A stretch of 64,000 nt of DNA, taken from assembly GCA_965207865.1 (NCBI GenBank), contig CBDBNP010000007.1, forward strand, positions 531,231 through 595,230. The letters run 5' to 3'. How positions within the stretch are numbered: position 1 is the first letter of the stretch; the number at the start of each line of letters is the position of its first letter. This DNA is from Dehalococcoidia bacterium (GTDB lineage: Bacteria > Chloroflexota > Dehalococcoidia > Lucifugimonadales > UBA3495). Shown here piece after piece: positions 1 to 8,013 of this stretch. The position numbers and the translations under genes were made by a program. The notes beneath the pieces were generated by a model, which worked only from the letters and a program-made list of their open reading frames with translations, was not told where the DNA came from and searched no databases.

Positions 1-755
1 GCGAAGGCCCTGGGCCCCTCCCTTGCGTCCTCGGAGTTCAGCACCCGCTGGCCCCACGCGGCGTTCAGGCGGTACGACTCCTCCAGGCCGTAGCGACGCC
101 AGAACTGGGCCACGGCCTTGGTGCCCTGCACCGCCAGCGGCGCGTTGGCGCCGATCATCTCCGCGACCTCCACGGCCCTCGACATCAGCGACTCCGGCTC
201 CAGCACCTCGTGTACGAACCCAATACTGTGGGCCTTCTCCGCGCTCAGAGTGTCGCCGGTAAGCATCAGGTACACTGCTTCGCCGTAGGGCATCAGCCGC
301 GCCAGGTGGTTGATGCCATAGTTGGCCAGGATGCCGCGCTTTACCTCGAACAGCCCGAAGTACGCCTCAGTTGAAGCGATGCGGATGTCGCAATCCGCGG
401 CCCGCTCCATCCCGGCTCCGATGGCCAGCCCGTTGACCGCCGCGATGAAAGGCTTGGGGTTGCGGCCGAAGGGCTGGTTGCCCCGGTAGGCCTCGATGCG
501 TTCCTCCTCGGTCTTGCTGGCCCGGGTGCTGCCGCCGCCCTCGGCCATCTCCCGCAGGTCGGCGCCGGCCGAGAACGCCCGGCCTGCTCCGGTCACGATG
601 CCAACCCGCATCTCATCGTCGTGGGAGAACTCGGCCAGCGCCTCCCGCAACTCCGCCCGCATCTGCGCCCCCTGCGCGTTCAGACGGTCCGGGCGGTCCA
701 TTGTGAAGACCGCGTAGTGTCCCTCGGGGAATCGTTCGTATCGCAGGTCCGGCAT
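1..755 (-). CDS. enoyl-CoA hydratase/isomerase (crotonase) family protein; C-terminus runs off the window edge
   Basis: Absent from the ORF track because no stop lies inside the window. Minus-strand translation from ATG (755-753) reads MPDLRYERFPEGHYAVFTMDRPDRLNAQ...VTGAGRAFSAGADLREM, a typical crotonase N-terminus. GAGGTGG RBS just upstream. Confidence 0.8.
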   Translation of the reverse strand, partial: MPDLRYERFPEGHYAVFTMDRPDRLNAQGAQMRAELREALAEFSHDDEMRVGIVTGAGRAFSAGADLREMAEGGGSTRASKTEEERIEAYRGNQPFGRNPKPFIAAVNGLAIGAGMERAADCDIRIASTEAYFGLFEVKRGILANYGINHLARLMPYGEAVYLMLTGDTLSAEKAHSIGFVHEVLEPESLMSRAVEVAEMIGANAPLAVQGTKAVAQFWRRYGLEESYRLNAAWGQRVLNSEDAREGPRAF

Positions 756-764
756 CAATCCACC

Positions 765-1778
765 TCAGCTCGCCAGCAATTCGCGCAGTGCTGCGTCGAT
801 GAAGGCCGCGTCCGTCGGGTTGAGGCCCGGACTTCCTGCCAAGTGTCCCCAAATGGACTCGATGGGCCGGAACTCGGCATTGGGCATCATCGAGACCTCG
901 ATTTCATTGTCCTCCGGAGGGAAGTACAGGTCGGTCCGGCCGGGCATCACGATGGCCCGCGCCTTGATGGCCCCAAGAGCAGCAGCGAAGTCGCCGTTGT
1001 ACTTGTCGTTGAGGCTGATGTCCCCATTCTGCCACGTCCGGATCATGGCCAGAAAGTTGTTGGCGTCGGCGAAGAGCCTCCGGCCCTCCCAGAATGCGAT
1101 CAGGTAGTCCTCCAGCGACGAGTACCCGATGTCCAGATACACCTCTTCCCGGTAGAAGGCCTGCGACACGGCCCAGCCGGCGTACACTCGGCCCATGGCC
1201 CGCAGTCCCTTGTACGGTGGGGAATCATACCAGCCGTTATTCCAGGCGTCGTCGGCGGTCAGCGCCGCCTTGACTCCCTCGAGGAACACGAAGTTGTGCC
1301 GCGACGTCCGCGCCGACCCGCAGATGGGCGCGATGCGCTCCACCATGTCGGGGTACAGCGCGCCCCACTGGTAGGTCTGCTGCGCCCCCATGGACCAGCC
1401 GACGACCAGCTTGATGCGCTCGAGGCCGAACAGCTCGGTCACCAGCCGATGCTGGCTGCTGACGTTGTCGTACAGCGACACCCACGGGAACCGCGCCCGG
1501 TCGTAGGGCATGGGCGTGTTCGACGGCGACGACGAAAGCCCGTTGCCCATTATGTTGGGCACGATGATGAAGTACTTGTCCGGGTCCAGCGCCTGCCCCG
1601 GCCCGATGATCGCCTCGTTGGCGTAGTGCTGCCCCCCGAAGAAGGTGGGGAACACGATGGCGTTGTCCTTGGCCGCGTTCAGCGTCCCGTAGGTCTTGTA
1701 CGCAATCCAAGCGCCCCGCAGCGTAGCCCCGCCCTGCAGCCGCAGGTTGCCAAGGTCGAATATGTTGTAGTCGGTCAT
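765..1778 (-). CDS. MetX-like alpha/beta hydrolase (homoserine O-acetyltransferase family)
   Basis: ORF track gives 765..1859. The internal ATG at 1778 was chosen because AAGGTGGAG lies upstream. Nucleophile elbow GWSMG, and MetX-like N-terminus LGNLRLQGGATL...YKTYGTLN. Abuts the downstream crotonase gene. Confidence 0.8.
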   Translation of the reverse strand: MTDYNIFDLGNLRLQGGATLRGAWIAYKTYGTLNAAKDNAIVFPTFFGGQHYANEAIIGPGQALDPDKYFIIVPNIMGNGLSSSPSNTPMPYDRARFPWVSLYDNVSSQHRLVTELFGLERIKLVVGWSMGAQQTYQWGALYPDMVERIAPICGSARTSRHNFVFLEGVKAALTADDAWNNGWYDSPPYKGLRAMGRVYAGWAVSQAFYREEVYLDIGYSSLEDYLIAFWEGRRLFADANNFLAMIRTWQNGDISLNDKYNGDFAAALGAIKARAIVMPGRTDLYFPPEDNEIEVSMMPNAEFRPIESIWGHLAGSPGLNPTDAAFIDAALRELLAS

Positions 1779-2036
1779 TGTTAACTCGCTCCACCTTTGG
1801 GAACTCTCTAGACCAAATAGTAGCTGTTGATCAAGAGGAACAGTGTTGACAGCATACACCCAAGTGCTAGAGTAGCATTCAATCAGTCTGAGAGGGTGAG
1901 ACCTACCTCAACTCGGTGCAAGCGTACTGGTACACGTCGCGATTGTTCATTCGGCCTCGCCGCTGAGTTGTGCAGAATTTCTCCAGTCCTTGGGGAGGAA
2001 ACTGAACAAACCATTTGCTGTAAGGAGCAAGCCCTA

Positions 2037-2774
2037 ATGACCTCTCGTGCAGCTCAAGATTCCTATGATTTGGGAATGGAATTCTTCGAGAGCGGCAACT
2101 GGGACCTTGCCATTGCCAACTTTACAAACTCCATCAATTTCGTCAGCAATAATCCGGACGTATACCATCGTCGTGGTGAGGCATTTTTCTCTAGAGGCGA
2201 CTACGGCGATGCCATAGACGACTATGATCGCGCTATCAATTTAGACGCCAACCGTGCCATATTCTGGCTGCACCGGGGATGGGCGTTCCATAACATTGCG
2301 CTCTATGACCCCGATTACATAATGACGAGAGACTGGATCGGAGAACGGAGATGGGTTGTAGACCGCGGAGACGTAGATTCCCTTAACAATCAGGCCCTTT
2401 CTGACATCAATAACTCACTCCGTCTCGACCCTCTGAACCACACCGCCTGGCACAACCGAGGCTGGTTGCATTTCAACGTTGGAAACTATCAGCAGGCCAT
2501 TGATGATTGCAATCAGGCGATCGAAATCGACCCCAACATTTCTGGCACCTGGAACAATCGGGGACTAGCCTACCAGGGATTGAACAAATTTAATGAAGCC
2601 TTTCGGGATTTTGACCATGCCCTTTCACTCAGTCCCAATGATCAATTAGTTACAGCCAACAAACGTAGAGCCAACCGAAATCGATGGGGTAGACGATACA
2701 AGCGATTCAAGAATATAAGCCTCCTCACAATTATCGTGATCGTGGCGATTCTCATAGCTATTTCAGCGTTTTAA
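2037..2774 (+). CDS. TPR-repeat protein with C-terminal hydrophobic tail anchor
   Basis: ORF track gives 1827..2774. ATG at 2037 has an AAGGAG RBS. Several TPR-like units (GDYGDAIDDYDRAINLD, GNYQQAIDDCNQAIEIDP, NKFNEAFRDFDHALSLSP). Basic stretch followed by ISLLTIIVIVAILIAISAF at the C-terminus. Visibly AT-richer than its neighbours. Confidence 0.75.
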   Translation: MTSRAAQDSYDLGMEFFESGNWDLAIANFTNSINFVSNNPDVYHRRGEAFFSRGDYGDAIDDYDRAINLDANRAIFWLHRGWAFHNIALYDPDYIMTRDWIGERRWVVDRGDVDSLNNQALSDINNSLRLDPLNHTAWHNRGWLHFNVGNYQQAIDDCNQAIEIDPNISGTWNNRGLAYQGLNKFNEAFRDFDHALSLSPNDQLVTANKRRANRNRWGRRYKRFKNISLLTIIVIVAILIAISAF

Positions 2775-2834
2775 ATTCCCGCACCGAAATGTGCTTATTC
2801 TGGGAGTGAAACGATAGTCCATCCGGATTAACAT

Positions 2835-3296
2835 CTAACTCCCCGCCGCCTCCCGCAGCAGCCCCAGGTCGATCTTAACCATCGGCAGCAGCGCCTCCAT
2901 CACCGCCTCCGGCGCTCGCTCTAGGAGCTCCGGCAGTTCTGCCGGGACGATCTGCCACGACAGGCCGAACTGGTCCACCAACCACCCGCACTGCTGCTCC
3001 GTTCCGCCGCCCTCCAGCAGGCCGTACCAGTAGTGATCTATCTCCTCCTGCGACTCGCAGGACACCACGAACGACACCGCCGGCGTCAGCTGGTACATCG
3101 GTCCACCGTCCAGGGCCGTGAACTTCAGTCCCTCCAGATGGAACTCCGCCAGGGCGGTGCCCTCCCCCGGACCCGACGGCAGGGGATTCACGCTCAGCAG
3201 CCTGGAGTTTGGAAACAGCGACACGTAGTGCCGCGCTGCAGCCTCTGCCTGTCCATCGAACCACAGGAACGGCGTGATCTTGTTGGTGATTGGCAT
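2835..3296 (-). CDS. VOC/glyoxalase-superfamily protein (PhnB-like, 3-demethylubiquinone-9 3-methyltransferase domain)
   Basis: N-terminus ITPFLWFDGQAEAAARHYVSLFPNS and GLSWQIVP are typical of this family. GGAGAGG RBS upstream. Confidence 0.75.
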   Translation of the reverse strand: MPITNKITPFLWFDGQAEAAARHYVSLFPNSRLLSVNPLPSGPGEGTALAEFHLEGLKFTALDGGPMYQLTPAVSFVVSCESQEEIDHYWYGLLEGGGTEQQCGWLVDQFGLSWQIVPAELPELLERAPEAVMEALLPMVKIDLGLLREAAGS

Positions 3297-3417
3297 TCCT
3301 GACCTCTCCGGTATTAGTGCTGCTTCGTACAGACATCTTACCGGATGATTTGACGCTCCCGCCCGCTCCGCCGTAGACTGCCTTCGCCGTCACTGAGGAC
3401 GGTCAGGAGGTAGCATA

Positions 3418-4536
3418 ATGGCCAACGAGCCCGTCAACATATTTGAATACGAAGCCATCGCCCGCGAGAAGCTGGAAAAGGGACACTACGACTTCATCGC
3501 CGGCGCGGCCACCGACGAGATTACCCTGCGGCGCACCCGCGCCGTCCTCGACAGCATTCAGCTCCGCCCGAAGATGCTGACAGACATCAGCCAGCGCGAC
3601 CTCAGCACTACCGTGCTGGGCCAGCGCATCAGCTTCCCGGTGATGCTCGACCCGGCGGGCAACCACGAGGCGGCCCACCCCGACGCCGAGCTGGCCACCG
3701 CCCGCGCCGCCGGCAAGGCTGGCACCGTGATGGTCGTCAGCTCCCACGCCGCCCGCACCATGGAGGATGTGGCCGGCGCCGCCTCCGGGCCGCTGTGGTT
3801 CCAGCAATACTTCTTCAAGGATCGCGGCCTCACTCTCGAGATGGCCGCCCGCGCCGCCGAGGCCGGCTACTCCGCCCTCTGCATCACCGTCGACGCCAAG
3901 ATCAAGCCCAAGCGCGAACGCAACATCCGCAATGACTACGTCGGCGCCTCCTCGCCCAACTACGACCAGATCGAGCTGTCCGAGCATTCCTGGCGCTTCG
4001 CCGCCGACGCCCCCGCCGGCGTCATGGACATCCGCGACCCCGGCGCCACCTGGGACGACGTCGACTGGCTGGCCGGCGCCCAGAGCCTGCCCGTGGTCAT
4101 CAAGGGTGTGATGGTCGGCGAGGACGGTCGCCACGCCGCCGACAGCGGGGCCAAGGCGGTCATCGTCTCCAACCACGGCACCCGCTACCTCGACACCACC
4201 TTCACCACCATCGAGGTCCTGCCCGAGGTCGTCGAGGCGGCTAACGGCGACATTGAGGTCTACATGGACGGGGGCATCCGCCGCGGCACCGACATCGTCA
4301 AGGCTCTCGCCCTCGGCGCCCGCGCCGTGCTCATCGGCCGCCCGCTGTTCTGGGGCCTGGCGGTCAACGGCGAGGAGGGCCTGACCTCCGTCCTCGATAT
4401 GCTTCGCGACGAGATGGACGCCACCATGGGCATGTGCGGCCGCCCCACCATAGCCGACATAGACCGCGACATCATAGGCACCGTCTCCCCGCTGCTGGGC
4501 ATGTTCCCCCAGTCGTGGGACTCCGCGCGGTACTGA
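3418..4536 (+). CDS. FMN-dependent alpha-hydroxy acid dehydrogenase/oxidase (LldD/glycolate oxidase family)
   Basis: 372 aa with an AGGAGG RBS. Family motifs IKGV, VSNHGTRYLD and GGIRRGTDIVKALALGA. Confidence 0.9.
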   Translation: MANEPVNIFEYEAIAREKLEKGHYDFIAGAATDEITLRRTRAVLDSIQLRPKMLTDISQRDLSTTVLGQRISFPVMLDPAGNHEAAHPDAELATARAAGKAGTVMVVSSHAARTMEDVAGAASGPLWFQQYFFKDRGLTLEMAARAAEAGYSALCITVDAKIKPKRERNIRNDYVGASSPNYDQIELSEHSWRFAADAPAGVMDIRDPGATWDDVDWLAGAQSLPVVIKGVMVGEDGRHAADSGAKAVIVSNHGTRYLDTTFTTIEVLPEVVEAANGDIEVYMDGGIRRGTDIVKALALGARAVLIGRPLFWGLAVNGEEGLTSVLDMLRDEMDATMGMCGRPTIADIDRDIIGTVSPLLGMFPQSWDSARY

Positions 4537-4662
4537 AAGTAAGCTGGCTACTTTAGGTACATTCGTATCTACCGACCTTCCCTGAATAGTGGGCATCTTC
4601 AACGAGCGTTGAGGGTGCCCACTGCTACAATGTGTTCATAACTACGAGCGAGCGATAGTGCC

Positions 4663-4911
4663 ATGATAGATTGGAGCGGATGTCCTGCTATCGAGAGCGA
4701 CCCGGAAAAGATGAGCGGGGCCTGGGTGTTCACCGGCAGTCGAGTGCCCGTCTCTGCCCTGTTCGGCAACTTGGAAGAGGGCGCCACTGTGGCTGAATTT
4801 TTGGACTGGTTCGAGGGCGTTGAGGAATGGCAGGTCAAAGCCGTCCTTGAATACCTCATCAATGACTTGGAGGCCCACCTCCCTCACGTCAAGCATGCGA
4901 ATATAGCTTGA
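4663..4911 (+). CDS. DUF433 domain protein (antitoxin-like small HTH protein)
   Basis: 82 aa. PEKMSGAWVFTGSRVPVSALFGNLEEGATVAEFLDWF matches the DUF433 pattern (G.P.i.GTRi.v..l...l..G.s..ei...yp). Confidence 0.7.
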   Translation: MIDWSGCPAIESDPEKMSGAWVFTGSRVPVSALFGNLEEGATVAEFLDWFEGVEEWQVKAVLEYLINDLEAHLPHVKHANIA

Positions 4912-5274
4912 CAACTGCACCCCACCCCACCGTTGGCTAGGACAACACGGCATCCTATTCCCCCTCCCCGGATGGTTCGCAAACTCATAGGATGTGTTCT
5001 GGTACCGATTTGATCTGAACTCGGAGAATCTCTAGTTGTAGAAACCGCAGGCGGCAGCACAGCCCTAACCAAGCATTGTTCTTGGAGTTCTCTTTGCCCA
5101 ACCAATTAGTACAAAGTCATCACCTTCGTTCTTCGAAGAACGGCGAATGAATTTCAGCTTCTAGAATCGTCTAGATCCCCTCCCAACTTAGAATAACAAT
5201 TGAGTAGGTGGTAAAATGGAGTCTAGGATGAGTATTGTTAACGCCCTTGGATAACCGGGCGGTGAGGTGTTGCG

Positions 5275-6459
5275 ATGGGACAGGAAATTAATGGCAACGG
5301 TCTCGGAGCCGAGGATCGAAAGGAAGGCTATACGGAGGAACCTGAAAGAGATTTTCGGAAGAGGACTACCCTGGCACGTTCCTTCGCCTCCGTCAGCGCC
5401 CTGAACGATGTCAGCAGGTCCCTCGCACGCTCCTTCCCAGCCGTCAACATTGCAGGTGACCTTCAGCGATCCCTTGCTCCTTCGTTCCCAGCCGTCAACA
5501 TTGCAGTTGAGCTTCAGCGATCCTTTGCTCCTTCGTTCCCAGCTGTCAACATTGCAGCTGACGTTCGGCGGGCCCTCGCACCTTCGTTCCCAGCCGTCAA
5601 CATTGCAGTTGAGCTTCAGCGATCCTTTGCTCCTTCGTTCCCAGCTGTCAACATTGCAGCTGACGTTCGGCGGGCCCTCGCACTTTCGTTCCCAGCCGTT
5701 AACATTGCAGCTGGCTTTCGGCGATCCTTTGCTCCTTCGTTCCCAGCCGTCAACATTGCAGCTGACCTTCGGCGGTCCTTTGCACCTTCGTTCCCAGCCG
5801 TCAACATATTGGGAGACCTGAACCGTCGCCTGGCGCTCTCATTTCAATTCGAAGAGACTGGATGGTTCCCGCACAGTACTTTTCCCGCACAGATCTTCGA
5901 CGAAGTGCAGGATTATGCAGAGATTGACGAAGAGATACTAACTTATTACCGCAAGAATTGGATTGAAATTTGCAATGAAATCGAAAGCGAGCTTGCTGGA
6001 TATTTGATAGATGAGAAAGAGAAGAACGTATTAAGGCAAGCATTACGTGCACACAAAAATGGCCTGCATGATCTTGTGAGCCCTACATTGTTTACTTTGA
6101 TTGAGAGGGCAGTTCGTGTACATTTGAACGAGAACAAGATCGGCAACCTCTCAGTCAGAAATGAGATGACCAATAGGTTATCTGAGATACCCATTTCTGC
6201 GTTTCCAGATCGTTTAGTAGGCTACGTGGGTTATAGTCTATTCTCTCATCATTTATACCAGAGCATCCGGACGGACGATGACCGTGACTATTTCTCTAAG
6301 ATATCTATGCCAAACCGGCATGCAGTTATTCATGGATTATTTGATTACGAGGCTGAGAAAAGCAGTTTGAATTCCATCTTTATCGCTTGCTACGTATTTC
6401 AAATAATTACTTTGATTAAGATCCAAGAGATCAAAAGAGTTCTTGATAACAATACATAG
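5275..6459 (+). CDS. hypothetical protein: N-terminal 17-aa tandem repeats plus C-terminal HEPN-like (Rx4H) domain
   Basis: 394-aa ORF in an AT-richer islet. Residues 36-188 are nine copies of SFPAVNIAxxLxRSxAP. The C-terminal helical domain has LRQALRAHKNGLHDLVSPTLFTLIERAVRVHL and PNRHAVIHG (R-H-x3-H at 6316-6333), resembling the HEPN R[NHD]xxxH signature. Confidence 0.65.
   Translation: MGQEINGNGLGAEDRKEGYTEEPERDFRKRTTLARSFASVSALNDVSRSLARSFPAVNIAGDLQRSLAPSFPAVNIAVELQRSFAPSFPAVNIAADVRRALAPSFPAVNIAVELQRSFAPSFPAVNIAADVRRALALSFPAVNIAAGFRRSFAPSFPAVNIAADLRRSFAPSFPAVNILGDLNRRLALSFQFEETGWFPHSTFPAQIFDEVQDYAEIDEEILTYYRKNWIEICNEIESELAGYLIDEKEKNVLRQALRAHKNGLHDLVSPTLFTLIERAVRVHLNENKIGNLSVRNEMTNRLSEIPISAFPDRLVGYVGYSLFSHHLYQSIRTDDDRDYFSKISMPNRHAVIHGLFDYEAEKSSLNSIFIACYVFQIITLIKIQEIKRVLDNNT
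5380..5838 (+). repeat. 51-bp (17-codon) tandem repeat array, about 9 copies, inside the CDS
   Basis: Direct reading shows TTCCCAGCCGTCAACATTGCAG recurring every 51 bp. A 102-bp two-unit block (about 5506-5607) is repeated almost identically at about 5608-5709. Confidence 0.9.
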
Positions 6460-6661
6460 TAACGCAACTTGCTTAGATTCCCAATGGTTCTCAGGTATTG
6501 ATCTCTGCCTCAAATCCATCCGGCCACTTAGACATCCCTTTGCATACCGAAAGAGTTAACTCTCACAACGCAACACCGAACGTTGAAATGGCGGCCAATT
6601 ATTCCACCGTGTACAATACCCTCACCACCCAAGCACCCCAACCCCGACAGGAGGCCAACCT

Positions 6662-7537
6662 ATGACCACCCTTGGCTCCGGCCACTACACCTACACCCTC
6701 GAGGAAAACTGGGCCAAGCTGCCCGAGGGCGAGACTTTTGCCATGGTCTCGGCCATCGCCACCGACTCCCAGGACCTCGTCTACGCCTTCCAGCGCAAGG
6801 AGCCGCCCGTCCTCATCTTCGACCGCGACGGCAACCTCCAGGACTCTTGGGGCAACGGCTCCTTCCTCTTCGCCCATGGCTTTTACATCGAGGACGACGT
6901 CGTCTACGTGACCGACCGTGACGCCTCCACCTGCCTCGTCTACACCCTCGACGGCAAACCGGTCCAGATGCTGGGCCGTCACGGCCGCCACTCCGACACC
7001 GGCTGCGAGGTTGCAGGCGACCTCGTGCCCCGCGCCGCCGGGCCCTTCAACTACCCCGCCGAGCTGGTCCCGTCGCCCTCCGGCGAGCTCTACGTCGCTG
7101 ACGGCTACCGCAACTCCCGCGTTCACCGCTTCACCGCCGAGGGCGAGCTGATCCAGTCCTGGGGCGAGCCCGGCAAGTCCGAGGCCAACCACTTCCACCT
7201 GCCCCACAGCCTGATCATTGACGGCGACCGCATCATCGTGTGCGACCGCGAGAACCACCGCATTCAGCTCTTCACCCTCAACGGCGAGTTCATCGAGTTC
7301 TGGAACGACATTCAGCGTCCCATGGACATTTCCCGAGACCCCGAGGGCAACTTCCTCGTCAGCGAAGGCACGGTCGGCGACAGCTCCGCGCGCATCAGCA
7401 TCCTCGATCCCCAGGGCAGCGTCCTAGCCCGCTTCGACTGCCGCGGCTCCGGCCATGGCAGCTGGATTGACTCTCGCGGCGACATCTACCTCGCCGGCGT
7501 CCCCGACGCCATCGACAAGTACGTCCGCGAGGGCTAG
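6662..7537 (+). CDS. NHL-repeat beta-propeller protein (peptidyl-alpha-hydroxyglycine lyase-like)
   Basis: 291 aa with an AGGAGG RBS. NHL-type blades: GELYVADGYRNSRVHRF, IIVCDRENHRIQLF, FLVSEG. Confidence 0.8.
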   Translation: MTTLGSGHYTYTLEENWAKLPEGETFAMVSAIATDSQDLVYAFQRKEPPVLIFDRDGNLQDSWGNGSFLFAHGFYIEDDVVYVTDRDASTCLVYTLDGKPVQMLGRHGRHSDTGCEVAGDLVPRAAGPFNYPAELVPSPSGELYVADGYRNSRVHRFTAEGELIQSWGEPGKSEANHFHLPHSLIIDGDRIIVCDRENHRIQLFTLNGEFIEFWNDIQRPMDISRDPEGNFLVSEGTVGDSSARISILDPQGSVLARFDCRGSGHGSWIDSRGDIYLAGVPDAIDKYVREG

Positions 7538-7691
7538 TAGCACTCATAGGCGCACTGGCCGTCTCTGTGGAAGACAGGGAGGCCAGTGAATTCCTGCGCG
7601 CCATCCGTTCGTCATCAGCCCGTCCTGAGCAAGCTCAAGGGTCTGAGTCTGTCGAAGTCCGGAGGGTGTATCCAACCGAACGGAGACGGCT

Positions 7692-7895
7692 ATGGCAACT
7701 GAAAAGAGCCAGGCAGAACTGAACCTCGAAACAGTCATGGCAACCATGGGCGACAGCGAGTGGCGCAACGTCCGCATCCTAGAGCACTACGCGGAGTCGC
7801 ACATCTCCTACTCACTCATTGGGGTCAAGATCGACGACGGCAAGACCTATTACTACCAGGCCGAGACGGGCCGCTTCATCATGCTGAACATCTAG
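7692..7895 (+). CDS. hypothetical small protein
   Basis: 67-aa ORF with a GGAGA RBS, followed by a strong hairpin terminator. No family recognised. Confidence 0.4.
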   Translation: MATEKSQAELNLETVMATMGDSEWRNVRILEHYAESHISYSLIGVKIDDGKTYYYQAETGRFIMLNI

Positions 7896-7954
7896 CCGCC
7901 CACGCGTCCAATCCTCTCTCAGGAGGGGGGCAGGGTGGGCGCGATTTCCCGGAC

Positions 7955-7990
7955 AAAAAGTAGGGGCGCACGGCTGTGCGCCCCTTTTTC
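7955..7990. terminator. bidirectional intrinsic terminator / REP-like hairpin
   Basis: AAAAAGTA-GGGGCGCAC-GGCT-GTGCGCCCC-TTTTTC lies between convergent genes (7692..7895 on + and the MFS gene on -). Confidence 0.8.
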
Positions 7991-8013
7991 GTTGTCATTC
8001 CCACCGATTCTAC

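Noticed and set aside
621-1784. Long plus-strand ORF (387 aa) antisense to the MetX-like and crotonase genes. The same applies to 3403..4602(-), 13223..14140(-), 16797..17723(-), 17348..18427(-), 21617..22858(-), 27921..29105(-), 33119..34009(-), 37009..37968(+), 41141..42175(-), 42922..43929(-), 46359..47534(-), 50722..51693(+) and 53590..54570(+).
   Set aside because: Each lies opposite a gene with clear family signatures. The translations are Arg/Gly/Pro/His/Val-rich low-information sequence typical of GC-rich shadow frames, and no RBS is present.
4912-5100. Possible remnant of a DUF5615/PIN-like partner downstream of the DUF433 gene.
   Set aside because: There is no start codon, stops occur within about 30 codons in every frame, and the similarity is only impressionistic.
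5380-5838. Regular 51-bp repeats considered as a possible CRISPR array.
   Set aside because: There are no unique spacers, since the units abut each other. They sit in frame inside a long ORF and encode a 17-aa repeat, and no cas genes are nearby.
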